64,000 nt of DNA from Pseudomonadota bacterium (GCA_021806605.1 JAJZQY010000001.1:16937-80936), one strand, 5' to 3'; positions 20,201-29,452 are shown, numbered from the stretch's first letter. Notes: generated from the sequence alone by a model not told the origin. Translations and numbers: made by a program.

Positions 20201-21167
20201 GAACGGCGACGCCCTGCTTCTCGACGAGAGCAGGATCGATCTCAACAGGGCATGGTCGGAGACGACCTATCACATGCAGAAGCTTCGCGACAATCCCGAT
20301 TGCGCGAAGCAGGAATACGACAGGATACTCGATGCGCATGATCCCGGGCTTCATGCGAGGCTCGCTTTCGATCCTCTGGAGGACATCTCTGCCCCCTTCG
20401 TCCATCTGGAGAAACCCAAGGTCGCGATTCTGCGCGAACAGGGCGTCAACGGCCAGATCGAAATGGCTGCGGCATTCGACAGAGCCGGATTTCTGGCTGT
20501 CGACGTGCACATGAGCGACATCATTTCGGGGCGGGCGAGCCTCGAATCATTCCAGGGATTCGCCGCCTGCGGCGGATTTTCTTATGGAGACGTGCTGGGC
20601 GCAGGCGAAGGATGGGCGAAATCCATCCTGTTCAATTCAAGAGCGAGAGCGGAATTCGAAGCCTTCTTCCGAAGAGAGGATGTTTTCGCACTCGGCGTCT
20701 GCAACGGCTGCCAGATGATGAGCAATCTTCACGACATCATTCCGGGCGCCCACAACTGGCCGCATTTCGTCAGGAACCGCTCGGAACAGTTCGAAGCCCG
20801 CTTCGTCATGGTGGAAGTCGAGAAAAATCCCTCCCTCTTCCTCGACGGCATGGCGGGAAGCAGAATGCCCATCGTCGTATCCCATGGCGAAGGCTATGCG
20901 GAATTCGGCTCCGGCAGGACGAAGGAGCATGTGGCCTTGCGCTATGTGGACAATTACGGCATTGCGACCGAACGCTATCCCTTCAATCCCAACGGCTCTC
21001 CCGAAGGCATCGCGGGGCTCACCACCCCGGACGGGCGGTTCACCATCATGATGCCGCATCCCGAGCGAATTTTCAGGACGGCGCAGCATTCCTGGCACCC
21101 TGCGGGCTGGGGCAAGGACGGCCCGTGGATGAGGATGTTCAGGAACGCCCGAAAATGGGTGGGCTGA
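17256..21167 (+). CDS. purL: Phosphoribosylformylglycinamidine synthase (large PurL)
   Basis: [39 protein letters not shown]; 1303 aa. Confidence 0.98.
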   Translation: MSEFIMLRGRSALSDFRLNKLLGLVRSFTPEVSAIHAEFWHFVSASRKPEQSESQILEKLLEYGPAGGHCAEDGSILLVLPRIGTISPWSSKATDIAKHCGLDFIERIERGILYRIDAALSQRERLLPLIHDRMTECVVPSLADAKALFRKFDPTPLSTIDILSGGIEALEAANRQMGLALSPDETSYLVENFNMLGRNPTDVELMMFAQANSEHCRHKIFNADWIIDGQTQSRTLFSMIRHTHAMNPQGTVLAYSDNSAIMEGSPTSRFFPGKDGAYRHENQLTHILMKVETHNHPTAISPYAGAATGAGGEIRDEGATGCGSKPKAGLTGFSVSNLNIPGFVQPWEGSNYGRPGHIASPVQIMLEGPIGGAAFNNEFGRPNLCGYFRTYEEEVGGEMRGYHKPIMLAGGLGSILDSQSFKREIPTEAVLIQIGGPGMLIGLGGGAASSMNTGSNAEHLDFDSVQRGNAEMQRRAQEVIDRCWQMGEQNPILSIHDVGAGGLSNAVPELVHGSGRGGRINLRDIMSEEPGMSPMQIWCNEAQERYVLAIKPEDLDLFTALCERERCPFSKIGTATLDEQLEILDPVFDSRPVDMPLSVLLGKPPKMTRNVTRIAKNLPAFKPDLLELKEAAYRVLRAPAVADKTFLITIGDRTVGGLTARDQMTGPWQVPVADVAVTLSDFESIRGEAFAIGERSPIALIHPAASGRMAIGEAVTNIAAACIDDIGMIKLSANWMAASGHPGEDAALYDTVQAVAMELCPHLGISIPVGKDSMSMKMAWTDASDDRKSVAAPLSLIVSAFAQVRDVELTLTPQLRSDCGKTSLILVDLGAGKGRLGGSILAQVYNRIGNLCPDLDDALRLKAFFAAIQKLNREGRILAYHDRSDGGLLVTLCEMSFAGHLGVSIDLEQVCFETKMVGAIEMHCEDKSSCIFEVLFNEELGAVLQVRDDDLAAVLETFAEAGLAKMVHVIGSPNAADRFIVKNGDALLLDESRIDLNRAWSETTYHMQKLRDNPDCAKQEYDRILDAHDPGLHARLAFDPLEDISAPFVHLEKPKVAILREQGVNGQIEMAAAFDRAGFLAVDVHMSDIISGRASLESFQGFAACGGFSYGDVLGAGEGWAKSILFNSRARAEFEAFFRREDVFALGVCNGCQMMSNLHDIIPGAHNWPHFVRNRSEQFEARFVMVEVEKNPSLFLDGMAGSRMPIVVSHGEGYAEFGSGRTKEHVALRYVDNYGIATERYPFNPNGSPEGIAGLTTPDGRFTIMMPHPERIFRTAQHSWHPAGWGKDGPWMRMFRNARKWVG

Positions 21168-21297
21168 GGGGCTTCTCAGCCGGGGCTTTCCATTCCCCCT
21201 GCTCCCGCCGGGGAGCCTGTCTACCTGATATCAGGAACTGCCTCTCGTCGCATTTATAATGCGGCCCATCGGGTGGCTGCTCGACTTTGAAACCCGC

Positions 21298-21372
21298 CCT
21301 ACCGCCTATGCGTACAAGTCGGCCATTGGCGTTGTGCTGATGAATGGCCGAATTACACAACTTTCCGGACAT
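21298..21372. repeat. Degenerate palindromic repeat cluster A (2 units)
   Basis: ..TACCG-N15-CGGCCATT (ends 21327) and AATGGCCG-N15-CGGACAT (21343-21372); 46-bp offset. Confidence 0.6.
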
Positions 21373-21518
21373 GCTCCACTCAGGGCATGCAAGAAGAAGG
21401 ACACATGAAGAAGGTCGCTGACCAACGATTTTCGACATGCGCTTCCGAATGGCGGGCTGTCCCGATTTTCCCGGCGGCGAGTCTATAATTTCATGAAAAC
21501 GCTATTTCAGGGGGCAAG

Positions 21519-21679
21519 ATGAAATACAGACTGCTGGGGCGGATCGGAATGTACGTTTCCAGCTTTGCCTGGGGACGATGACTTTCGGCTCGGAGGGATT
21601 CAGGAAGGTGATGGGCGGGCTGCAGCAGGATGCGGTCAATTCGATGGTCGAATCCGCATTCGATGCGGTCAGGAACTGA
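21519..21679 (+). pseudogene. Aldo/keto reductase N-terminal remnant (frameshifted, truncated)
   Basis: MKYRLLGRIGMYVS, then after a 1-nt shift LCLGTMTFGSEGFRKVMGGLQQDAVNSMVESAFDA, then stop; typical AKR N-terminus. Confidence 0.8.
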
Positions 21680-21703
21680 GGGCGCGTTCGAGCTCCGGGA
21701 TGA

Positions 21704-21739
21704 TTTACGTTTGACGTAAAACATAAAGAAGTCTATATT
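21704..21739 (+). promoter_or_regulatory. higBA sigma70 promoter with palindromic operator
   Basis: TTGACG(21711)-17-TATATT(21734); TTTACGT-ttg-ACGTAAA inverted repeat (21704-21720) over the -35. Confidence 0.65.
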
Positions 21740-21744
21740 GGAGC

Positions 21745-22023
21745 ATGATAAAGTCTTTCCATTGTAAGGACACGGCTGCGCCATACAGCGGCAAGCGGGT
21801 CGGCAAATTCGAGTCTTGCCGTAGTCAGGCGGAAAAGAGGCTTGAAATCCTCGACAATGCAAAGAGCATTCAGGATCTGATGGGGTTGCCGAGCAACCGC
21901 TTCGAGGCTCTGGTCGGAGACCGCTCGGGGCAGTTCAGCATCAGGATCAACCAGCAATGGCGGCTTTGCTTCGCATGGAAAGACGGGGACGCTTACGACG
22001 TGGAAATCGTCGATTACCATTGA
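21745..22023 (+). CDS. higB: HigB-type toxin (RelE/ParE family)
   Basis: MIKSF..., PSNRFEALVGDRSGQFSIRINQQWRLCF, EIVDYH C-terminus; toxin-first order. Confidence 0.93.
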   Translation: MIKSFHCKDTAAPYSGKRVGKFESCRSQAEKRLEILDNAKSIQDLMGLPSNRFEALVGDRSGQFSIRINQQWRLCFAWKDGDAYDVEIVDYH

Positions 22024-22026
22024 GGG

Positions 22027-22335
22027 ATGAACATGAGCAACGGAATGCGCGCCATCCATCCGGGCGAAATACTGAGGGACGAACTCGATGAAATCGGCAT
22101 TTCCGCGAATGCCCTTTCCAAGGCGCTCGCAGTGCCCGCGAACAGGATCACGGCGATCCTCAACGAGCAGCGAGGCATCACTGCGGACACCGCATTGCGT
22201 CTTGCCAGGTATTTCGGCACGACACCTGACTTCTGGATGAGCCTCCAGGCAAGCTTCGATGTCAAGAAGGCCAGGGAGGCTGCCGGGCTCGAAATCGAGA
22301 AGGCCGTAACGCCCAGGGAAAAAGCCGCTGCCTGA
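22027..22335 (+). CDS. higA: HigA antitoxin (HTH)
   Basis: IHPGEIL, ITADTALRLARYFGTTPDFWMSLQ. Confidence 0.93.
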   Translation: MNMSNGMRAIHPGEILRDELDEIGISANALSKALAVPANRITAILNEQRGITADTALRLARYFGTTPDFWMSLQASFDVKKAREAAGLEIEKAVTPREKAAA

Positions 22336-22342
22336 TTCCGGC

Positions 22343-22361
22343 AGCCGCGGCCCGGCTTTTT
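22343..22361 (+). terminator. Possible weak intrinsic terminator after higA
   Basis: AGCCG-cggcc-CGGCT followed by TTTT. Confidence 0.35.
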
Positions 22362-22415
22362 GCGGGCGCGATATATTCCCGATATCCATCGGGCAAGATC
22401 CCGGTTTCCTCAGCT

Positions 22416-22559
22416 CATATCCGCTTTTCGGCCTATCCGGTCAGCGACCATTTGAACTTAAATGGCCGCAGCTAAAACTACAACGGCCATTGAAAAATGC
22501 AGAAGATTTGACCGGGGCCGTGATTCATGTATGACGCCATCGTGCCCATACCTGCCATC
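22416..22559. repeat. Degenerate palindromic repeat cluster B (3 units)
   Basis: CATATCCG-N14-CGGTCAG (22416); perfect AATGGCCG-N15-CGGCCATT (22461-22491); TATGACGC-N14-CTGCCATC (22530). Confidence 0.6.
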
Positions 22560-22644
22560 CGTCTGCACTATCCTTTTGTCAAACTCTGTTGCGGATTTAG
22601 CATTAGACTATCCATTTAAATAGGGAAATAAAGAGGTCTTCTCC

Positions 22645-24486
22645 ATGCGACTTAGTCGAATCGTCATCAAGAATTTCCGCAATTTCAAGTTGCTAGACGT
22701 TCGCTTAGGCGAGCATGCTGTGATCCTTGGGGAAAACAAGGTTGGCAAGACGAATCTGCTTTTTGCACTGCGACTAATCCTTGATCCGACACTTCCCGAC
22801 TCGGCGCGAAAGCTACGCCTCGATGATTTCTGGGACGGACTGGCGCGACCGCTGAACGCGGAAGACGTAATCGAGGTATCAGTCGAGTTTCAAGACTTTG
22901 AAGTCAATGAAAATCTGCTTGCAGTGTTGGCGGACCATCTTGTACAACCTGAGCCAATGGTGGCACGAATCACGTATCGCTACCAGCCTCTGCCGGGGCT
23001 TGAGCGCCCACCACGCAGCGAGGCGGACTACGAATTTATTCTGTTCGGGGGAGATCGCCCCGACAATGCTGTCGGCTACGATCTCAGACGCTGGATGCCG
23101 CTGGATCTGTTCCCGGCATTACGGGATGCCGAATCGGACCTGTCGCGCTGGGCACGCTCCCCGCTACGCCCCTTGCTGGACCGTGCCGCCAAGACGGTAG
23201 ATGCGAGCGCGCTCAGTGCGATCGCCGGCGAGGTCCACCAAACCACCTCAAAAATTGCTGCTCTACCTGAACTCGCCGGTGTAGTTGACCAAGTCAATGA
23301 ACAACTCACCGCTATGGTGGGATACAAGCACGCCATCGAAACTGCGCTGGGTTTTGCGCCGACGGAACCGGACCGCTTGCTGCGTGCACTGCAAATGATG
23401 ATCGATGGCGGCAAGCGCGGCGTAGCCGAAGCTAGCCTCGGTTCCGCCAATGTGCTTTACCTCGCACTGAAGCATCTGGAGCATCAGTACCTAGTGGACG
23501 AGGGGGAGCGTCAACATACGTTTCTGGCGATAGAGGAGCCCGAAGCACATCTGCACCCTCATCTGCAGCGGCTCATCTATCGGAACTACCTTCAAACACG
23601 GGACGATGTGCAAGCCAGGCCCGGGCCGCGTAGTATTCTACTCACCACGCATTCGCCGAATGTGGCCAGCGTGGCGCCGCTCGCCAATATGGTTGTGCTT
23701 CGTCAAGTCGCTGCAGAAGGATATACCGTCGGGCGCTCTCTCACTGGCATCAAACTCAAAGCCTGTGATCGCGAGGATCTGGAGCGCTACATTGACGTTA
23801 CGCGCGGCGAGCTATTTTTCTCGAAGGCCGTTATCCTGGTAGAGGGCGATGCCGAGAGGTTTCTCTTGCCAACGCTGGCCAAGCTATATGACGAAACTCT
23901 GGACTTTGATGCGATGGGTATCACCATCTGTTCTATTGCCGGTACCAACTTCGCTCCCTACGTGAAGCTACTAGGGCCGAAAGGACTCGATATTCCGTTC
24001 GTAGTGCTGACGGATTTTGACCCCAAGGATGAGGCGGTGAGCCAAGAGGATGCAGATCCGGATGACGCTGGAGTTACGGGCGGCTATGGAGAGAACCGGG
24101 TCGTCAATCAAATTATGCCGCATATCTTGGATGATGACGTTTGGGAACAAAATGACTTTGCAGAGGTGATGAAGTTAGCGCCGAAGCACGGCATATTTTT
24201 GAACGAATTTACGTTTGAGATTGACCTTTTCAGGGCTGGTGCTAAAGATCAGTTCCTGGAAGCAGTCAAGAAACTCTCCACCAATAAGAAAATGCATGCT
24301 CGCTTCAAAGCGCTTTCTGCTAAGCCTGATTCGCTTGATCCCTCGAAGTTCCTAAAAGACATTGACTCCATCGGTAAGGGACGTGTGGCACAACGCTTGG
24401 CTGCAGTGCTGATGGAAGAGACGGTCGACGTATGCCCTTTGTATATCAGGTCGGCGTTGAACTATTTGAAGGCGAAACTGGGATGA
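22645..24486 (+). CDS. gajA: OLD-family ATP-dependent nuclease (ABC ATPase + TOPRIM), GajA-like
   Basis: IKNFRNF, Walker A GENKVGKT, IEEPEAHLHP, TTHSP, TOPRIM LVEGDAE and TDFD. Confidence 0.85.
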   Translation: MRLSRIVIKNFRNFKLLDVRLGEHAVILGENKVGKTNLLFALRLILDPTLPDSARKLRLDDFWDGLARPLNAEDVIEVSVEFQDFEVNENLLAVLADHLVQPEPMVARITYRYQPLPGLERPPRSEADYEFILFGGDRPDNAVGYDLRRWMPLDLFPALRDAESDLSRWARSPLRPLLDRAAKTVDASALSAIAGEVHQTTSKIAALPELAGVVDQVNEQLTAMVGYKHAIETALGFAPTEPDRLLRALQMMIDGGKRGVAEASLGSANVLYLALKHLEHQYLVDEGERQHTFLAIEEPEAHLHPHLQRLIYRNYLQTRDDVQARPGPRSILLTTHSPNVASVAPLANMVVLRQVAAEGYTVGRSLTGIKLKACDREDLERYIDVTRGELFFSKAVILVEGDAERFLLPTLAKLYDETLDFDAMGITICSIAGTNFAPYVKLLGPKGLDIPFVVLTDFDPKDEAVSQEDADPDDAGVTGGYGENRVVNQIMPHILDDDVWEQNDFAEVMKLAPKHGIFLNEFTFEIDLFRAGAKDQFLEAVKKLSTNKKMHARFKALSAKPDSLDPSKFLKDIDSIGKGRVAQRLAAVLMEETVDVCPLYIRSALNYLKAKLG

Positions 24487-26246
24487 CGGTCTCCAAACTA
24501 CCGTACCTTGAGGCCGCAGAAGATTTACGCGGAAACAAAGACCAATGGCGCGCGTACAAATCGACCGGTAACTGCGTCATTCTGGCGGGTCCCGGAAGCG
24601 GTAAGACCAAGACCATTACTGTCAAGATTGCCCAGCTACTTGCCGAAGATGTGCCCCGTCCCCGCCGATTGGCATGTATCACCTATAGCAATTCCTGCGT
24701 CGGTGAATTGCGTTCACGATTGAGCAAGCTCAGGGTGGGTGACAGCGATCGCCTGTTGATCTCCACTGTGCACTCCTTTTGCCTAACGGAATTGGTGTTG
24801 CCCTACGCAACCTTGGCAGGTATTGATGTACCTGATCCGCTGATCGTGGCCTCAACCGCGCAAGCAAGAAAACTGTTTGCTGATGCTTACCGAGAAATTA
24901 TTGGAGGTAATCCGTCTAGTTCGTTCCGCATGGCATGCGATAAACTGAGGCGAACCATTCCAGACAAAGATAGTGGCGAATGGCGAGCTTGGCCTGCCCG
25001 CGAAACAAAGGTGGTCGAAGCATACGAGGCGTTGCTTCTGCAAGACGGCTTGATCGACTTCGATGGACTGATCTTGTCCGGCCTGCAACTCGTTGAGAAG
25101 TACGAATGGGTCCGACGCGCCATCCGCGCTAAGTATCCGGTCATCGTAATCGACGAATATCAGGATCTTGGCTTATCCTTGCATCGTATCGTGCTGGCAT
25201 TACTTCGGGCAGAAGTCCGTGTCATTGCCGTGGGAGATCCGGACCAGTCAATCTATGGTTTCACAGGTGCCAAGCCAAGCCTGTTGCGTGCATTGGCAGG
25301 TCTCCGCGATGTGGATTCGATCAAGCTAAAACTTAACTACCGTTGCGCTGACCGCATCATTGCGGCGTCTATGATGCTTTTGCCTGAACCTGGAGATTTT
25401 CGTTCTCATGATGGAAGGGCTGGTGAAATTCGCATTCACCGCCTAGAGTGCAGCATTCGGCAACAGGCGGACTATGCGTTGAGAACGCTGGTGCCTGAGC
25501 TACTCAAGACCAATCCGTCATGGACGCCGGGAGACATTGCGTTGCTGTACCGTACCCTTAATGAGGGGACGCCAATTGCACAGGCGGCAGATGCCCTCCA
25601 CGTACGGTATTTCCGGCTTGATAACGGCTCGCCCATTAAGCGCACGCGCTTGACCGAATGGCTCACTGATGCAGCGCGTTGGTGCTCCGGAGGTTGGCAG
25701 ACAGGAGCTATACCTCTTTCACAGCTACTCAAGGCTTGGCGACGGATGTATCGTTCCATCACGCGCGAGTCGGAGTTGTTGGCCGCACGAAAGCGCTTGA
25801 TTGCGACTCTCTTCTCGCTACGGGATGGCGCGCTACCTTTGCATCAATGGCTTTCTGAACTGCGCCGCAGCGCGTTGGATGAGTTGTTACATCAAGAGCC
25901 GGGCCTTGCCGACGAAGAAGATATCTTGGACGAACTGTTCAGGTCCGCCACCACGGGCGGACCCTTGCAGGCGTTCACGGTCGAGATATTTGGGAATCAG
26001 GGTAAGAGTCCAGACCAGATTAATCTGATGACACTGCACAGTTCGAAAGGGTTGGAATTCCAGGCGGTCATCATGGTGGGAATGGAGAATGGTGCATTCC
26101 CCAGCGGCTATGACAAAACTGACGAGCAATTGGAAGAGGCGGCCCGCCTTTTCTATGTGGGAGTTACGCGCGCCAAAACGCAGATTCATCTGATTTACGA
26201 CTCAGATGAATCGCCGTTGATCACGTCTATACGAGAAGTGGCCTAA
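24483..26246 (+). CDS. gajB: UvrD-family SF1 helicase, GajB-like
   Basis: AGPGSGKT, DEYQD, GDPDQSIYGF, TLHSSKGLEF, RLFYVGVTRAK; ATGA overlap with the OLD nuclease gene. Confidence 0.85.
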   Translation: MTVSKLPYLEAAEDLRGNKDQWRAYKSTGNCVILAGPGSGKTKTITVKIAQLLAEDVPRPRRLACITYSNSCVGELRSRLSKLRVGDSDRLLISTVHSFCLTELVLPYATLAGIDVPDPLIVASTAQARKLFADAYREIIGGNPSSSFRMACDKLRRTIPDKDSGEWRAWPARETKVVEAYEALLLQDGLIDFDGLILSGLQLVEKYEWVRRAIRAKYPVIVIDEYQDLGLSLHRIVLALLRAEVRVIAVGDPDQSIYGFTGAKPSLLRALAGLRDVDSIKLKLNYRCADRIIAASMMLLPEPGDFRSHDGRAGEIRIHRLECSIRQQADYALRTLVPELLKTNPSWTPGDIALLYRTLNEGTPIAQAADALHVRYFRLDNGSPIKRTRLTEWLTDAARWCSGGWQTGAIPLSQLLKAWRRMYRSITRESELLAARKRLIATLFSLRDGALPLHQWLSELRRSALDELLHQEPGLADEEDILDELFRSATTGGPLQAFTVEIFGNQGKSPDQINLMTLHSSKGLEFQAVIMVGMENGAFPSGYDKTDEQLEEAARLFYVGVTRAKTQIHLIYDSDESPLITSIREVA

Positions 26247-26279
26247 CTGCGAGCGCAGACTTCCTGTTTTAGATTTGAC

Positions 26280-26471
26280 TGCGGCAGCTATGAGTCTGAT
26301 AGTAGACATTCATATGCTAGAGCCGAGAGTCCGTTTTGGCCGAACTACAGAAACCCGTGTTTCAGGGCGAGCGTCCGCTCAACGCAATGATGCCTCCACG
26401 CGATGCCTCCAGCGGGAAATGACGGCAACAGGTCGCAAGCGCCCAATCAGCACCGGCTGCTTGCATGTCAG
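26280..26471. repeat. Degenerate palindromic repeat cluster C (about 5 units, 44-48 bp period)
   Basis: Left arms at 26280 TGCGGCAG, 26326 AGAGTCCG, 26370 AGCGTCCG, 26418 AATGACGG, 26464 CATGTCAG; right arms include TAGACATT (26303) and CGCCCAAT (26440). Confidence 0.55.
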
Positions 26472-26516
26472 TCACCGACGCGCCAACTCGTCGTGCCTGC
26501 ATATGGTCCTGGAAAG

Positions 26517-27047
26517 TTAGCCTTTGCCCAGCTTCTCCAGCCATTCGAAGCGGAGTCCAGAGACTTTGGGAATGCCGAATTTGGGGTCGACGGGAAAATC
26601 TTCGAAATGCCCGGTATGCACGTAGCCGCGTCTTTTGTAGTAGGCGATAAGCTCGGTCCTGAACGTCAGGACGGCCATTTTGATCTTTCTGGCACCAAAG
26701 GTTTTTACCGCGGCCCTCTCGGCCTCATCGAGAAGCCACTTGCCGAACCCGCTTCCCTGCCTGTCAGGCCTCACTGCAAGCATGCCGAGCTTGGCATCCT
26801 CCCCGCATTGCTCCAGATGGATGACGCCGACCAGGCTCCCCGCCTCGATGCAGAGCAGGAAACGCGAACCAGCGGATTCGATCAGCTTCGATACTTCCCC
26901 GGTGTCCGTCCTCTGACCGCCGAGATGGTCGGCTTCCGTCGTCCAGCCACATTTGCTGGATTCTCCACGGTAGGCGGAATTGACGAGAGCAGCTATTTCT
27001 TCGACATCCGCCTTCGCGCCATATCTAATTTCAGTGAGGCTTCCCAT
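26517..27047 (-). CDS. GNAT family N-acetyltransferase
   Basis: VNSAYRGESS..GWTTEA, LAVRPDRQGSGFGK acetyl-CoA motif, LIAYYKRRGY. Confidence 0.9.
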   Translation of the reverse strand: MGSLTEIRYGAKADVEEIAALVNSAYRGESSKCGWTTEADHLGGQRTDTGEVSKLIESAGSRFLLCIEAGSLVGVIHLEQCGEDAKLGMLAVRPDRQGSGFGKWLLDEAERAAVKTFGARKIKMAVLTFRTELIAYYKRRGYVHTGHFEDFPVDPKFGIPKVSGLRFEWLEKLGKG

Positions 27048-27447
27048 CCATGTCCAGCGCCTTGCCCTGGGCAAGGGAAGTCACATAGCTGATGAGATCG
27101 ACGAGCTGCTCGCTGCCGTAGGCGGGAGAATTTCCCTGCAGTCCGCCATGCACGCAGGAATGGATCTGGTCTTCGAGGGTCACGATTTTCTTGGCCCTGG
27201 GATTGAATCTCGGAAAAATCGCCGCGGCATTTTCGAGACTCGGAATGCTTTTTCCGTCCGGCAATTTTCCAGGCCCAACACCGCCGTTTGCATGACAGGT
27301 TTCGCAGGTTCTGCCGTTTCCGCCGAAAGTCTCATGGGAATAGAGCCTTTTGCCGTCCTCGATGGCTTTCTGCAGCTCGGGGCCGGGAGCCGCCTGGGCA
27401 GCGGCCGAGAAGAACAGCAGCGTCATGGCGAGTGTCGATATCTTCAT
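27031..27447 (-). CDS. Periplasmic mono-heme c-type cytochrome, SoxA/TsdA-like domain
   Basis: Signal peptide (..AAAQA), CETCH heme motif, FPRF..TLEDQIHSC segment. Confidence 0.8.
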   Translation of the reverse strand: MKISTLAMTLLFFSAAAQAAPGPELQKAIEDGKRLYSHETFGGNGRTCETCHANGGVGPGKLPDGKSIPSLENAAAIFPRFNPRAKKIVTLEDQIHSCVHGGLQGNSPAYGSEQLVDLISYVTSLAQGKALDMDGKPH

Positions 27448-27460
27448 TGTTTGCTCCTTC

Positions 27461-27489
27461 AAAAAGAAAAAGCCCCCGGAATCGGGGGC
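27461..27489 (-). terminator. Intrinsic terminator downstream of the PPIase gene
   Basis: Minus strand GCCCCCG-attc-CGGGGGC followed by TTTTTCTTTTT. Confidence 0.8.
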
Positions 27490-27504
27490 CTTTCATCTGA
27501 CAAA

Positions 27505-28308
27505 TTACTCTTCAACCTTGGCTGCGGCGCGCAGATCGGAGATCAGCTTCTGGATATGCTCCTGCTGAACGCGCTGCTGCAGCTGCGGCTTGACCTGATC
27601 GAAGCTGGGCAGCTTCAGGGGCTTTTCGTCCTGCAGCTGTATCACATGCCAGCCGAACGGGGTTTGAACCGGCGCCGGGGTAATCTCGCCCTTCTTCAGC
27701 AAGCGCACCGCATCGGCGAAAGGCTGAACGAAATTCGAAGCGGGCGCCCAGTCGAGTTCGCCGCCATGGGTCTTGGAACCCGGATCTTCGCTCTTTTCGG
27801 CAGCAAGCTTGGAAAAGTTTGCGCCCTTCTTGAGATCAGCGATGATTTTCTTGGCTTCGGCTTCGGTCTTGACCAGGATATGGCGCACCTTGTATTCCTT
27901 GCTCCCCATGTGGGCCTTGATCTTGTCGAATTCCTGCTTCATTTCGGCATCTGTCACGGGATGGCTCTTGCTATAGTCATGCAGATAGGCATTGACCAGA
28001 TTCTGTTCGCGGCTCAATTCCATCATGGTCTTGAAATCAGCCGTCTGGTCCAGCCCTTTCTTGGCTGCAGCCTGTGCGATGATCTCCTGATTGATCAGGG
28101 TTTCCTTGATGTTCTTGCGAAGCTCGGGGGAATCCGGCTCGCCGCGCTGCGCCATGTTCTGCTTCAGGATGAAATCGTAACGGGATGCCGGTATTCCGAC
28201 GCCGTTGACAGTCGCGACCGGCTTGGTGAGGACGCTGGAATCTTGCGCATAGCAGACGGAAACGGCCAGCAGGCTCGATGCAGCGATCAGGGATTTCAAT
28301 AAGGGCAT
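27505..28308 (-). CDS. Periplasmic peptidyl-prolyl isomerase (PpiC/parvulin type)
   Basis: Signal peptide, VRHILV, SEDPGS, GGELDW, TPFGWHVI. Confidence 0.92.
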   Translation of the reverse strand: MPLLKSLIAASSLLAVSVCYAQDSSVLTKPVATVNGVGIPASRYDFILKQNMAQRGEPDSPELRKNIKETLINQEIIAQAAAKKGLDQTADFKTMMELSREQNLVNAYLHDYSKSHPVTDAEMKQEFDKIKAHMGSKEYKVRHILVKTEAEAKKIIADLKKGANFSKLAAEKSEDPGSKTHGGELDWAPASNFVQPFADAVRLLKKGEITPAPVQTPFGWHVIQLQDEKPLKLPSFDQVKPQLQQRVQQEHIQKLISDLRAAAKVEE

Positions 28309-28323
28309 GTTTTTTCCTTTAGG

Positions 28324-28602
28324 TTATGATTGCTTCGATTGATATTCTGAGGGAGTATAGGCCCGGATGGCAAGCGCATGAATGTCTTTCTTCATCAAGT
28401 CGGAAAGCATGCCGTAAACCAGCCTGTGGCGAGCCATGAGGCTCTGCCCGGAAAAACGATCCGACACGACGGTCATGCAGTAATGTCCGCCTCCGCCAGA
28501 TCCGGCATGTCCGCGGTGCTTCTCGCTCTCGTCGACGATTTCGAGCTTCTCGGCATTGAGCTCTCCCAGCCTTTCGATGATGATTTCACTGACTTCCTTC
28601 AA
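28324..28602 (-). CDS. bolA: BolA family protein
   Basis: [21 protein letters not shown]. Confidence 0.92.
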   Translation of the reverse strand: MKEVSEIIIERLGELNAEKLEIVDESEKHRGHAGSGGGGHYCMTVVSDRFSGQSLMARHRLVYGMLSDLMKKDIHALAIRAYTPSEYQSKQS

Positions 28603-28892
28603 GGCAGCACCTTCTTGAAAGGCTTCACTTCAACCTGCTCGAACACCCCTTCGACGACATAGGGGTCGGAATCGGCCCATGTCCGGGCAGCTTCGATCGA
28701 GTCGAATTCGGCGACGATCAAACTCCCGGAAAATACGCCCGGATCATTGCAATCGATCGCGGGGAATGGACCAGCCAGAATCAGCCTGCCCTCTTCCTGC
28801 AATGCTTCCAGCCTTTTCAAATGCGCGGGACGAGCCTTGAGTCGCTTCTCTCCGCTGCCCTCACGATCCTTTCCGATGATAGCATACAACAT
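28599..28892 (-). CDS. YciI family protein
   Basis: [23 protein letters not shown]; start trimmed to ATG 28892. Confidence 0.9.
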   Translation of the reverse strand: MLYAIIGKDREGSGEKRLKARPAHLKRLEALQEEGRLILAGPFPAIDCNDPGVFSGSLIVAEFDSIEAARTWADSDPYVVEGVFEQVEVKPFKKVLP

Positions 28893-29452
28893 CAATTCCC
28901 CTTGTCTTCTGCATACTTGGAAAGCATCAGGCTCTGGGCGAACACGAAAATCAACATCAATCCGAGCGTTCCGAAGAGCTTGAATTTGACCCAGGCAGAT
29001 TCCGAAAAGTTCATCGCAACATAAAGATTCACGAATCCCATCACGGCAAAAAAAGCCGCCCAGACCATATTGAGCCTGTCCCATACCCGGTCCGGCGCGC
29101 TCAACTGCGTCTCCAGCATCGTTCGAATCAGATTCTTGTCAAACCAGGTCGCGCTCACCAGCAAAACCGTCGCGAAGCACCAATACAGCACCGAAGGCTT
29201 CCACATGATGAAAGCCTTGTCGTGAAATAGCAGCGTCGCCCCACCGAAGACGAGCACGATCACAAAGCTCATCCACAGCATGTTGTCGATTTTCCTGTGC
29301 TTCAGATAAGTCCACACGATCTGGGCAAAGGTCGCAATGATGGCCACTGCCGTGGCATAGAACATGGCCTCTTCTTTCGGCCCGAAGTGGGGAAAAATCT
29401 GGTAAGTGCCGAAAAAAAGAACGACCGGGAAAAGGTCAAAAAGAAATTTCAT
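28892..29452 (-). CDS. ispZ: Intracellular septation protein A (YciB/IspZ)
   Basis: [27 protein letters not shown]. Confidence 0.92.
   Translation of the reverse strand: MKFLFDLFPVVLFFGTYQIFPHFGPKEEAMFYATAVAIIATFAQIVWTYLKHRKIDNMLWMSFVIVLVFGGATLLFHDKAFIMWKPSVLYWCFATVLLVSATWFDKNLIRTMLETQLSAPDRVWDRLNMVWAAFFAVMGFVNLYVAMNFSESAWVKFKLFGTLGLMLIFVFAQSLMLSKYAEDKGN

Noticed and set aside
18795..20510. Long antisense or alternative-frame ORFs (e.g. 571 aa opposite purL, 440 aa opposite the PPIase gene, 419 aa opposite radA)
   Set aside because: Shadow ORFs expected from GC-rich codon bias; no motifs
21139..21438. 99-aa minus-strand ORF after purL
   Set aside because: No recognisable motif and it runs through repeat cluster A; probably spurious
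21298..26471. CRISPR array or integron attC sites as an explanation for the periodic units
   Set aside because: Units are too degenerate for CRISPR repeats, there are no cas genes, and no RYYYAAC/GTTRRRY-bounded attC structure or intI is seen
21168..26516. Prophage or integrative element at the purL island
   Set aside because: No integrase, tRNA target or flanking direct repeat detected by eye
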